Assembly: GCA_964547925.1 (NCBI GenBank)
Contig: CAZJQF010000003.1
Span: forward strand, 11,875 to 46,468
DNA length: 34,594 bases
Origin: an uncultured Dehalococcoidales bacterium
GTDB lineage: Bacteria > Chloroflexota > Dehalococcoidia > Dehalococcoidales > JAFGLR01
Direction: 5' to 3'
The translations under genes and the position numbers were made by a program. The notes below the pieces were generated by a model that was given only the letters and a program-made list of their open reading frames with translations, made no database searches and had not been told where the DNA came from. Shown in pieces: positions 15,114 to 23,885 of this stretch. Position 1 is the stretch's first letter, and every line of letters starts with the position of its first letter.

Positions 15114-16510
15114 ATATCGAATATCTTGCCGGGATTTAAAATATTATGCGGGTCCAGAGCCTTCTTTATAGCTTTAAGCGTATTCAGATAATCGCTGTTA
15201 AATTGTATCGGTAAGTATGCCTTTTTGATATAACCGATGCCGTGTTCTCCGGAAATTGCTCCCCCATACGAAACTGCAGTTTTTAAAATGTCTTTCATGA
15301 AGTCCGGTAATTTACGGTGCCATTCATCTTCGGTCATCCCGCTGCAAAGTATATGAATGTGAACATTTCCGTCTCCGGCATGACCGTATCCAATGACGGG
15401 AATTTTATATTGACCGGATAAATCCTTGACCCGGTTCATGAAACGGGCAATTTCACTCCGGGGTACTACGGCATCGATTACTTCCATTTTGGCATAGGCT
15501 TTAACCGCCGAATAGAATTTTTCCCGCATCTGTAGTAAATGCCGCTTTGCCCGTTCGCTGCCCGGAATCAAGCCTTCGGTGCCGCCGAACTTACGGCTGA
15601 TTTCATTTACCTGCCTAAAGTAATCCATCGTGACTTCTGAAGATTCGCCTTCCATAATAATCAAAAGAAAAGCTGAAAATTCATGGTGCGGCATTTCTTT
15701 CCCGGTAAAATTTTCAACAATATCGATAATATCTTTTTCCAAAAATTCGAGACCGACCGGAATGAGATTCAACTTTAAAATTTCCGGAACGGCGTCAATC
15801 GCATTATGTAAACCATTGAAAGGTAAAAGTAATATCTCACGGTTTGGTTTAGGGCTGCTCAGTTTTAAGGTAATTTCAGTTATTACGGCAAGTGTTCCTT
15901 CCGCACCGATCATCAATTGAGTTAAATCATAAGCGGTGGTATTTTTAACGAATTTACCGCCGCATCGGATAATACTGCCGTTTGCTAAAACCATTTCCAG
16001 TCCCATGACATGGTGACGTGTAACGCCGTATTTAACGGCATTCATACCGCCGGCATTGGTGGCCACGTTACCCCCGAGTGTCGCATTGAGTTCACCGGGA
16101 TATAAAGGATAAACCAGATTATGTTTCTCCAGCTCCGTTCTCAGATCAGCAAGCGTAACACCCGGTTCGACCACAGCGACGAAATTTTTCTCGTCGATTT
16201 CGATAATGCGGTTCATTTTCTCCAGGGAAAGAACGATACCGCCGTAAATAGGAATTGCTCCGCCGGAAATGCCTGTCCCCGCGCCGCGCGGCACAACGGG
16301 AATCGTATTTTTATCGGCATAGGAAAGGATGGCGGCTACTTCCGAAGCATTTTTCGGTTTTACCACGACCTGGGGATAATACCTTTCAGCTACAGGAGCC
16401 TCGTCATAGGAATAACCCTCGATATCGTTCTTATGCGTGAATACTTTATCTTCGCCGATTAGCTGCCTGAAATGGTCGATGTCTTGTTGCGTTATCTTGT
16501 TAAATTTCAT
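15110..16510 (-). CDS. FAD-binding oxidoreductase (GlcD / D-lactate dehydrogenase-like, FAD_binding_4 family)
   Basis: 466 aa. Reads VVPRGAGTGISGGAIP..., NATLGGNVATNAGG, GISGEHGIGYIK...LDPHNILNPGKIF; canonical GlcD-type FAD-linked oxidase motifs. Confidence 0.85.
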   Translation of the reverse strand: MKFNKITQQDIDHFRQLIGEDKVFTHKNDIEGYSYDEAPVAERYYPQVVVKPKNASEVAAILSYADKNTIPVVPRGAGTGISGGAIPIYGGIVLSLEKMNRIIEIDEKNFVAVVEPGVTLADLRTELEKHNLVYPLYPGELNATLGGNVATNAGGMNAVKYGVTRHHVMGLEMVLANGSIIRCGGKFVKNTTAYDLTQLMIGAEGTLAVITEITLKLSSPKPNREILLLPFNGLHNAIDAVPEILKLNLIPVGLEFLEKDIIDIVENFTGKEMPHHEFSAFLLIIMEGESSEVTMDYFRQVNEISRKFGGTEGLIPGSERAKRHLLQMREKFYSAVKAYAKMEVIDAVVPRSEIARFMNRVKDLSGQYKIPVIGYGHAGDGNVHIHILCSGMTEDEWHRKLPDFMKDILKTAVSYGGAISGEHGIGYIKKAYLPIQFNSDYLNTLKAIKKALDPHNILNPGKIFDI

Positions 16511-16626
16511 GTTTATACGTCCTAATCATACTTAATCCATTTAACCGCTTTTCATAGCGGATGTAAACTTTACCGACCAAATATTCGGAAAATGAAAATA
16601 TATTTTTTAACACCCTTGAAAATATA

Positions 16627-16654
16627 TTGACATCTATTCAATAACTGTTAGAAT
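16627..16654 (+). promoter_or_regulatory. sigma70 promoter with extended -10 (TTGACA-16 nt-TGtTAGAAT) for the kamA operon
   Basis: TTGACA at 16627-16632 and TG at 16646-16647, followed by t and TAGAAT at 16649-16654. The 12-nt direct repeat TGAAAATATATT occurs at 16593-16604 and 16617-16628. Confidence 0.55.
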
Positions 16655-16729
16655 TACATTAAAAAATACTATATAATTATTGTATAGATTGTAATTCTCC
16701 AAAAGGAGGGAGTTAAAAACTAACCCAAA

Positions 16730-18055
16730 ATGACATCGGTAGAATTGAAGACTCAAACCGCTACTATTTCCGAGGATGAACCCCCCAGTAAAACCACGGC
16801 CTGGAGGAGTACGCAAGAAGACGAACCTCCGGGCAAAAGTGCTGTCCCCAAACGCAGGTATTTTGCTCATGTTTCCGACCAGGATTGGACGAATTGGAAA
16901 TGGCAATTCAAGAATCGTATCACTACTGTCGATGAATTAGCGAAATACATTCCCCTTTCAGTCGAAGAACAGATTCAACTCAGGCTGGTTTCTATCCATT
17001 ACCCTATGGCGATTACGCCTTATTATTTATCGCTTATCGACCCTGATGACGCGGCGGATCCCATCAGAATACAAGCTATTCCCAATGTTTTAGAAGTCAC
17101 GATGGGTTGTATGGGTATGGAAGACCCGCTGGAAGAGAAAAGGGATTCCGTAGTACCCGGACTGGTGCACCGCTATCCTGACCGTGTTTTAATGGTACTG
17201 ACGAATGTCTGTCCTATGATGTGCCGCCACTGTACCCGAAAGCGTGAGTGGAAGCATGGCACCTGGATCAGGCCGCAAGAAGAAGTGGATGCGATGTTAA
17301 CCTACATCCGTCGGCATAAGAGTGTTCGTGACGTTATTATTTCCGGCGGGGACCCGTTAACGTTGTCAACGCGGCGGCTCGAAGAGGTAATTTCTGCCTT
17401 GCGAAGAATCAACCATGTGGAAATTATTCGTATCGGCAGCCGTTATCCGGTAGTATTACCATTCCGTATCGATAACGAACTATGTGATATGTTATCCGAG
17501 TACGGACCGATATGGTTGAATACTCATTTTAATAATCCCCGCGAAGTTACCCCGGATTCGGCAAAAGCCTGCGACCGGTTGTTGAGGGCCGGCGTTCCGG
17601 TAAATAACCAGACCGTTTTGTTACGCGGTGTCAACGATTCGGTGGAAACAATGAAAAAACTGGTGCATAACCTGTTGCGTATAAAAGTTCGTCCCTACTA
17701 CTTATTCCAGTGCGATGAGGTGCAGGGCACCGAGCACTTGCGCACTCCTGTTGAAACCGGTATTAAAATTATCGATGGTTTAAGAGGACATACCTCCGGG
17801 CTGGCGGTACCCGCCTTTGTTATAGACTTACCTTTTGGCGGCGGTAAGGTGCCTTTGCAGCCGAACTATGTATTGGCCCAGGATAACGGTGAGTTGTTGT
17901 TGCGGAATTATAAACATAATCTTTATCGTTTTCGTAATCCTAAAAATCAATCAATAACCGCATCAATACAAAATAACGAGCATAAGTTAACTGAAGCACT
18001 TGTAACACAATATGCGTTAGAAGGGAAACCAGATGCGGATAGGGTTATCGTATGA
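16730..18055 (+). CDS. kamA: Lysine 2,3-aminomutase (KamA-family radical SAM/PLP enzyme)
   Basis: CPMMCRHCTRK (CxxxCxxC), GGDPL, YYLFQCDEVQGTEHLR and VIDLPFGGGKVPL (PLP-lysine motif). Both substrate-binding Asp positions are retained (QCD, IDLP). About 40-aa N-terminal extension before the conserved W..W.WQ..N block. Confidence 0.85.
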   Translation: MTSVELKTQTATISEDEPPSKTTAWRSTQEDEPPGKSAVPKRRYFAHVSDQDWTNWKWQFKNRITTVDELAKYIPLSVEEQIQLRLVSIHYPMAITPYYLSLIDPDDAADPIRIQAIPNVLEVTMGCMGMEDPLEEKRDSVVPGLVHRYPDRVLMVLTNVCPMMCRHCTRKREWKHGTWIRPQEEVDAMLTYIRRHKSVRDVIISGGDPLTLSTRRLEEVISALRRINHVEIIRIGSRYPVVLPFRIDNELCDMLSEYGPIWLNTHFNNPREVTPDSAKACDRLLRAGVPVNNQTVLLRGVNDSVETMKKLVHNLLRIKVRPYYLFQCDEVQGTEHLRTPVETGIKIIDGLRGHTSGLAVPAFVIDLPFGGGKVPLQPNYVLAQDNGELLLRNYKHNLYRFRNPKNQSITASIQNNEHKLTEALVTQYALEGKPDADRVIV

Positions 18056-19040
18056 TTTAAAAGAAGCAATTACTTCCGGAAGAGATAATCTTCCGGAAGA
18101 TGCTTTCGAAGAATACGATCATCCGGCGACCATCAATTATATTGCTTCTGCCATCGAACATGCCGGTAATGAAGTCGTCAGGTTGGGTGGCGGAAGACAA
18201 TTCATTGAAAACATTCTCCGTGAGAAAACGGACATGGTTTTTAATATTTCAGAAGGAAGGGGTACTTTTCGCAGCCGAGAGGCTCAAGTACCCTCAATTC
18301 TGGAGATGCTTGACATTCCCTATACCGGTGCAGACCCCGAATGTCTGGCGGTATGTTTGGATAAGCCGTTAACCAAACAACTGGTGACTCTTGCCGGACT
18401 GGCAACACCTCCCTGGATAGTTATAAAAAACCGGGAGGAGTTACATTCAGTAAAATGGGATAAAGTTGCGTTCCCATTAATTGTCAAACCCGCTTTCGAA
18501 GGTTCCAGTAAAGGGGTTCGCCTGAATTCTGTAGTGAGGAACAAAGAACAGGCTATTGAAGTAACCGGAAAGACGCTGGATCTTTACCGCCAGCCGGTAA
18601 TGCTGGAAGGTTTTGTTCAAGGCGACGAAGTAACTGTCGGAATCGTGGGTAACTCTCCACCCAGGATAGTCGGTATCATGCGTATTCTGCCTAAAAAACA
18701 GACGGAGCATTTTGTATATTCTCTTGAAGTAAAACGGGACTGGCAAAACATGGTGGAATACGAATGCCCGGCCCGCCTGGATAAATCCATTCTAGAAAGA
18801 ATAGCCGCCGACAGTATAAAAGCCTTTACCATGTTAGAATGCCGTGATTTTACCAGAATTGATTTTCGTATCGGTGCCGACGGGACTCCTTATTTTATCG
18901 AAATTAACCCGTTACCCGGATTGGGTGATTACAGCGACCTGATAATTATGGCGATAAAAATGGGCTGGAGTCATGAATCGGTAATACAAGCTGTACTTGA
19001 AGCGGCATTGGAGAGATACCGGTTGTGTGCGCAAAAGTAA
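18033..19040 (+). CDS. D-alanine--D-alanine ligase-family ATP-grasp enzyme (paralogue 1)
   Basis: 335 aa. Pre-ATP-grasp N-domain (RIGLSYDL...EEYDHPATINYIASAIEHAGNEVVRLG) and ATP-grasp core (FPLIVKPAFEGSSKGV, MLEGFVQGDEVTVGIVGN, YFIEINPLPGL). Overlaps kamA by 23 nt. Confidence 0.8.
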   Translation: MRIGLSYDLKEAITSGRDNLPEDAFEEYDHPATINYIASAIEHAGNEVVRLGGGRQFIENILREKTDMVFNISEGRGTFRSREAQVPSILEMLDIPYTGADPECLAVCLDKPLTKQLVTLAGLATPPWIVIKNREELHSVKWDKVAFPLIVKPAFEGSSKGVRLNSVVRNKEQAIEVTGKTLDLYRQPVMLEGFVQGDEVTVGIVGNSPPRIVGIMRILPKKQTEHFVYSLEVKRDWQNMVEYECPARLDKSILERIAADSIKAFTMLECRDFTRIDFRIGADGTPYFIEINPLPGLGDYSDLIIMAIKMGWSHESVIQAVLEAALERYRLCAQK

Positions 19041-20029
19041 CTATAGTATATAACGACCCGATTCCCGGCCGGTATCAAAATACCGGTGAAGAAAAAGCCG
19101 TCCTCGGCGTTTTAGACTCGGTTAATGCCGTAAAAAAGGCCTTAACGGAACTCCGTCATGAAGTGAACCTTTTGCCTTTAGCTTTGCCTTTAGAACAGGC
19201 TCTCACGAAGTTAGACAACCTGTCTACGGATATCGTATTTAATCTCTTCGAAGGTTTTCCGGGCTTTCCGGAAACGGAGATGCTTATTCCTCAGTATTTA
19301 GCGAAAAATAATATTATTTACACCGGTTGTTCAAGTGAATCACTGACACTGGCTCTAGATAAAGCCAAAACTAAAGAATATTTAATGAAAGCAGGAATCG
19401 CGACACCCGATTTTCAACTGATGACGGCGGATACTCTTGCTTCTTTTCGGTTGAAATATCCCTGCATAATCAAACCATTCGGTGAAGATGCCAGCCATGG
19501 TTTGAACGAAAACAGTGTCGTTTATGATTTCGCCGGTCTGACGAGGCAGGTAAATCTAGTTTGTTCACAATACGGCGGGCAGGCGCTGGTTGAAGAATTA
19601 ATCGAAGGCCGGGAATTTAATGCCACAGTTATGGGTAACGTCGAGCGTATAGTTTTACCGGTTGGAGAAATCACCTATAATTTACCGCCGGGAAAACCAA
19701 AAATACTGACATTCGATGCCAAGTGGGAGCAGAATAGCTTATATTATAAAAGCACCCCGGTTATCTGTCCTGCGAAGATAGATGACTCGGAGAAAGAACG
19801 TATCAGAAAAGTAGCTTTGGAAGCATTCAAGATAATTATTGGCCGGGGCTATGCCAGAGTGGATATGCGTTTAGATAACCAAAATAGAGTAAATGTTCTT
19901 GAAGTTAATCCGAACCCCGATATTTCACCCAACACCGGTGCGGCCCGGCAGGCCAAAGCTGCCGGGATGACTTATGCTCAGTTTATCGATAGAATAATTT
20001 CGTTGGCGCGGGAAAAAGGGAAGGTATGA
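19025..20029 (+). CDS. D-alanine--D-alanine ligase-family ATP-grasp enzyme (paralogue 2)
   Basis: 334 aa with the same architecture (VTIVYND...NAVKKALTELRHEVNLLPL; YPCIIKPFGEDASHGL; VEELIEGREFNATVMGN; VLEVNPNPDISP). GTG start; overlaps the previous gene by 16 nt. Confidence 0.8.
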   Translation: MCAKVTIVYNDPIPGRYQNTGEEKAVLGVLDSVNAVKKALTELRHEVNLLPLALPLEQALTKLDNLSTDIVFNLFEGFPGFPETEMLIPQYLAKNNIIYTGCSSESLTLALDKAKTKEYLMKAGIATPDFQLMTADTLASFRLKYPCIIKPFGEDASHGLNENSVVYDFAGLTRQVNLVCSQYGGQALVEELIEGREFNATVMGNVERIVLPVGEITYNLPPGKPKILTFDAKWEQNSLYYKSTPVICPAKIDDSEKERIRKVALEAFKIIIGRGYARVDMRLDNQNRVNVLEVNPNPDISPNTGAARQAKAAGMTYAQFIDRIISLAREKGKV

Positions 20030-20523
20030 TACCGAAACCGGAGAATATAATTATCTCTTTAACAAAAGTTCACAAGTCCGCCGTGATGGATATCTTACGC
20101 GTCACTTCGGAATTCAAGCCTATGGAAGTGGATACAGCCGAAGATCTTATAGACTTTTACTTAAAGGATGGTCTTTCCTCAGGGTACCATCATCTGGCAG
20201 CAATAACAGAGTCAGAAGTAACAGGTTATATCTGTTATGGACCGACACCATTAACGGAAAGTACTTGGGATGTTTACTGGATGGCAGTTACACCCGGGAA
20301 AAAGGGACAGGGTATCGGTACTTCATTATTAAGAACCGCGGAAAATGAGATTAGCAAGCGAAAGGGACGGATAATACTTATCGAGACCTCAGATATAGCG
20401 TCCTATGAACCTACCAGAAAATTTTACGAGCATATGGGCTACGAGGTAATAAGCCGAATTCCAGATTTTTATGCCTCAGGTGACGGTCTGGTTGTCTTCC
20501 ATAAAAGACTGGACCGGGTTTAG
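20026..20523 (+). CDS. GNAT-family N-acetyltransferase (165 aa)
   Basis: WMAVTPGKKGQGIGTSLL (Q/R-x-x-G-x-G acetyl-CoA motif) and FYEHMGYE. ATGA start/stop overlap with the upstream gene. Confidence 0.8.
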   Translation: MIPKPENIIISLTKVHKSAVMDILRVTSEFKPMEVDTAEDLIDFYLKDGLSSGYHHLAAITESEVTGYICYGPTPLTESTWDVYWMAVTPGKKGQGIGTSLLRTAENEISKRKGRIILIETSDIASYEPTRKFYEHMGYEVISRIPDFYASGDGLVVFHKRLDRV

Positions 20524-22388
20524 TGAGCCGTTATCTGAGTACCCCTCGCTCTTAAACGCTGGGTTTCCGTAAGCAGTTTTTTCCTCAGGCGAATACTCTT
20601 TGGCGTTACTTCTACCAGTTCGTCGGAATTTATGAAATCAATTGACTGTTCCAGCGTCATCTTTATAGGGGGTGTCAGTTTAATGGCGATGTCCGAAGTC
20701 GAAGAACGGATATTGGTCATCTTTTTCTCTTTGGTAACATTCACTGCAATATCTTGTGTCCGGGAACTCAAGCCGACAATCATTCCTTCATAAACGAACG
20801 TACCAGGGTCAATGAAAGTTAAGCCACGGCCCTGAGCGTTATTGAGTCCATAAGTAACGGCTACACCATCTTCCGAGGCGACTAAGACACCATTACGGGT
20901 GGAACTGATGTCACCGCCCAGAGGTTCATATCCGATAAATCTGGTATTGATCAGCCCTTCACCGCGGGTTATCGTCATAAAGTCACTGCGAAAGCCGATC
21001 AAGCCGCGTGTCGGTATATGGTATTCCATGCGGACGCTGCCGGTATTATCATTGCGCATATTGGTTAATTTACCGCGGCGTTTACTCATCATTTCAGTAA
21101 CCACACCGATATGCGTTTCCCTGGTATCGATTGTTACTGCTTCATAAGGCTCCATTTTCCGGCTGTCGATTTCTTTGATAATGGCTACCGGTTTGGAAAC
21201 GGCCATTTCATACCCTTCACGGCGCATCGTCTCGATTAAGACCGATAAATGCAGTTCGCCGCGGCCGGACACTTTAAATACATCCGAAGTGTCGCCGTCC
21301 TGAACCCGCAGACTCAAGTTAACCTCAAGCTCACGGTAAAGTCTGGCCCTGAGCTGCCGGGTAGTACAGTATTTTCCTTCGCGCCCGGCGAAAGGAGATG
21401 TATTAACGCCGAAGGTCATTTCCACGGTTGGTTCGGTGATTTTAATACGCGGGAGCGGCTGAGGGTCGTCCGTACTGGCGATGGTATCACCGATACTGAC
21501 CTGTTCGATGCCCGCCAGTGTGATAATGTCGCCGGCGCTCGCTTCTTCTACCCCGATGCGTTTTAAACCGAGGAATGTCAGTACTTCACTGACTTCGTAT
21601 TGATTATTATTACTGTTGGCATCGATGACGACTATTTTGTCATGAGGAGATACTTTTCCCCGCCAGATGCGGCCTATAGAAAGCTTGCCTTTATGTGTGT
21701 CATAATCGAGATTCGATACAAGCATCTGGAACGGTCCGGTTTCAATTTTAGGAGGCGGTACGTTATTCAATATGGCTTCGAACAAAGGAATCAGGTCTTT
21801 GTTCTGCCCGTCTACGGTAGTGTCAGCATAACCTTCCCGCCCGCTGGCATATAAAACGGGAAATTCGAGCTGTTTATCGTCGGTGGCGAGTTCGAGAAAT
21901 AAGTCCTGGGCCTGGTTTAATACTTCCTTGATTTGCGCGTTTTCGCGGTCGATCTTATTAATAACGACAATAGGTTTAAGCCCTTTTTCCAGAGCCTGCT
22001 GCAAAACAAAACGGGTCTGGGGCATCGTGCCCTCAACAGAATCGACAAGTAAAATACAACCGTCTGCCATATTGATGACGCGTTCCACTTCACCGCCGAA
22101 GTCGGCATGACCGGGGGTATCGATAATATTAATTTTCACGCCGCGGTACATTATGGCGGTATTTTTGGCAAGGATAGTGATTCCTCGTTCGCGTTCGAGG
22201 TCATTGCTATCCATAACACAATCAGCGACAACCTGATTATCCCGGAATGTTTTGCTTTGTTTTAACATGGCGTCAACCAGAGTTGTTTTACCGTGGTCGA
22301 CGTGAGCAATAATGGCTACGTTACGTATATCATTCCGGTAATTTACACCGGCAGCGAAAGGCATGTTGTTATTAATATTTTCACTCAT
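20520..22388 (-). CDS. typA: Translational GTPase TypA/BipA
   Basis: 622 aa. Reads IRNVAIIAHVDHGKTTLVD, DTPGHADFGGEVER, NKIDR, then the BipA-specific C-terminal region; length is canonical. Confidence 0.95.
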   Translation of the reverse strand: MSENINNNMPFAAGVNYRNDIRNVAIIAHVDHGKTTLVDAMLKQSKTFRDNQVVADCVMDSNDLERERGITILAKNTAIMYRGVKINIIDTPGHADFGGEVERVINMADGCILLVDSVEGTMPQTRFVLQQALEKGLKPIVVINKIDRENAQIKEVLNQAQDLFLELATDDKQLEFPVLYASGREGYADTTVDGQNKDLIPLFEAILNNVPPPKIETGPFQMLVSNLDYDTHKGKLSIGRIWRGKVSPHDKIVVIDANSNNNQYEVSEVLTFLGLKRIGVEEASAGDIITLAGIEQVSIGDTIASTDDPQPLPRIKITEPTVEMTFGVNTSPFAGREGKYCTTRQLRARLYRELEVNLSLRVQDGDTSDVFKVSGRGELHLSVLIETMRREGYEMAVSKPVAIIKEIDSRKMEPYEAVTIDTRETHIGVVTEMMSKRRGKLTNMRNDNTGSVRMEYHIPTRGLIGFRSDFMTITRGEGLINTRFIGYEPLGGDISSTRNGVLVASEDGVAVTYGLNNAQGRGLTFIDPGTFVYEGMIVGLSSRTQDIAVNVTKEKKMTNIRSSTSDIAIKLTPPIKMTLEQSIDFINSDELVEVTPKSIRLRKKLLTETQRLRARGTQITAH

Positions 22389-22588
22389 GAGTAACCGTCC
22401 TGGAAATCAAAAATTCAGAAAAAATAAGCAGAGAATAATCGATATGAGAATACGAGGGCCGCTAAAGCTGAGAACTTAACACGGCTCTAGATTGGATAGG
22501 TTCATCGTTTTTTGATAAGATGAAAGCAAGTTGAATTCATATTTCTATTATAATCTTACGGCAAATCAGCCGTTAAATCAAATAAAGC

Positions 22589-23344
22589 ATGCGCATCGAG
22601 ATAATATCACCTATGAATAAAGCCAGCTTAATCGGTCTTTATGAAATTTCGTTAGACGGCTCTAAGGTGCAATACAGACTTAAGAAAAGTCTTCGGGCCA
22701 GACGCATGCGCCTGGAAATTAATTACAATACAGGTTTAAGTGTTGTCGTACCGCGGCGGTACGATATTGCCGTAGTAGAGAAATTCATTTCCTTAAAACG
22801 AGACTGGATATTAAGAAAGCTAAGAGACGTTCAGGTATATAAAACCATAACGGATAACGGGAAACCGGACACTGTCAGCTACATAGGTAAGACACTGAGG
22901 CTGAACGAATTGCGTGGGAAACAAGAGTATGCGATGGTAAACTTAACCAACGATGAAATTATAGTGAGTTCCCCTGACGGAAAAAATATCCTGAAAGTAT
23001 TAAAAAATTGGTATTTACAGGAAGCCGACCGGGTGGTAAAGGAAAAAGTCGACTACTTCGGTAAGTTAATCGGGGTCAGTTATAATAATCTAGCGATTAA
23101 AGCGGTTAAAACCAGGTGGGGAAGTTGTTCCCGTTCCGGCAACCTGAGCTTTAATTGGAAATTGATAATGGCGCCGGAAACGGTAATCGATTATGTTGTA
23201 ATCCACGAATTATGCCATTTGAAGCGAATGGACCACTCAAAATTATTCTGGAAGTTGGTTGAAACTTATGCCCCGGCATACCGCATACATAGAAATTGGT
23301 TAAAACAACATGAGGCGGAGATGAACCGCCAATGGTTTGATTGA
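22589..23344 (+). CDS. M48-family metallopeptidase-like protein (YgjP/DUF45 type)
   Basis: RWGSCS...NW.L followed by VVIHELCHLKRMDHS (HExxH); size and layout are typical of YgjP/DUF45. The start could be the second ATG (MNKASL). Confidence 0.75.
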   Translation: MRIEIISPMNKASLIGLYEISLDGSKVQYRLKKSLRARRMRLEINYNTGLSVVVPRRYDIAVVEKFISLKRDWILRKLRDVQVYKTITDNGKPDTVSYIGKTLRLNELRGKQEYAMVNLTNDEIIVSSPDGKNILKVLKNWYLQEADRVVKEKVDYFGKLIGVSYNNLAIKAVKTRWGSCSRSGNLSFNWKLIMAPETVIDYVVIHELCHLKRMDHSKLFWKLVETYAPAYRIHRNWLKQHEAEMNRQWFD

Positions 23345-23373
23345 TATGGTTATGTTAAGTAATGTTTCGGTGG

Positions 23374-23628
23374 TTATACGTGTTCGGGAGTCTGGTATAG
23401 ATGTGCCCTGTCTTTTGCCATCGCGTAAATACAATCCGATTCACAGATATTACCCCAGTTACACCGCCATGAGATCAGTTCGGTATCATCTTTATGTTTA
23501 ATCACATGAGGCACCAGCCAAGCGGTCTTCCGGAGCCTCCTATCACCTTGCAGGAAATCAAAACAGAGTGCGGAACGGGGCATAAAAGCAAAAAGGCCGT
23601 CACGATTGTTTTCAACGTATGAATCCAT
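23374..23628 (-). CDS. Hypothetical small protein (84 aa), Cys/Trp-containing
   Basis: ORF with GGGAGGG 9 nt upstream of ATG 23628 (MDSYVENN...). I recognise no family. The track's longer start (23655) overlaps the SD. Confidence 0.45.
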   Translation of the reverse strand: MDSYVENNRDGLFAFMPRSALCFDFLQGDRRLRKTAWLVPHVIKHKDDTELISWRCNWGNICESDCIYAMAKDRAHLYQTPEHV

Positions 23629-23885
23629 CTTATTCGTCCCTCCCCATTCGTTCAAATTTATATCCGTAGTAAATCATTAATGTAATTGAATAATAAACAA
23701 CAAATAATAATTATATTTTATGGAATAATACACCATCCTTAACATAAATACAATAGGTTAAAGAAAATATTTTCTTAATAATCGTTCCGTATCGTGGTAA
23801 TTTTGGATTACGGAGACAAAATAAGTTAAAATTTTGAATAATAATATTTAATAGTTGATAGATATTTTAATTGGAGTTAACCGTG

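Noticed and set aside
22389-22588. 200-nt typA / M48 divergent intergenic region considered as a riboswitch or sRNA locus
   Set aside because: It contains only weak promoter-like hexamers and imperfect hairpins, nothing I could match to a known RNA class or a convincing terminator.
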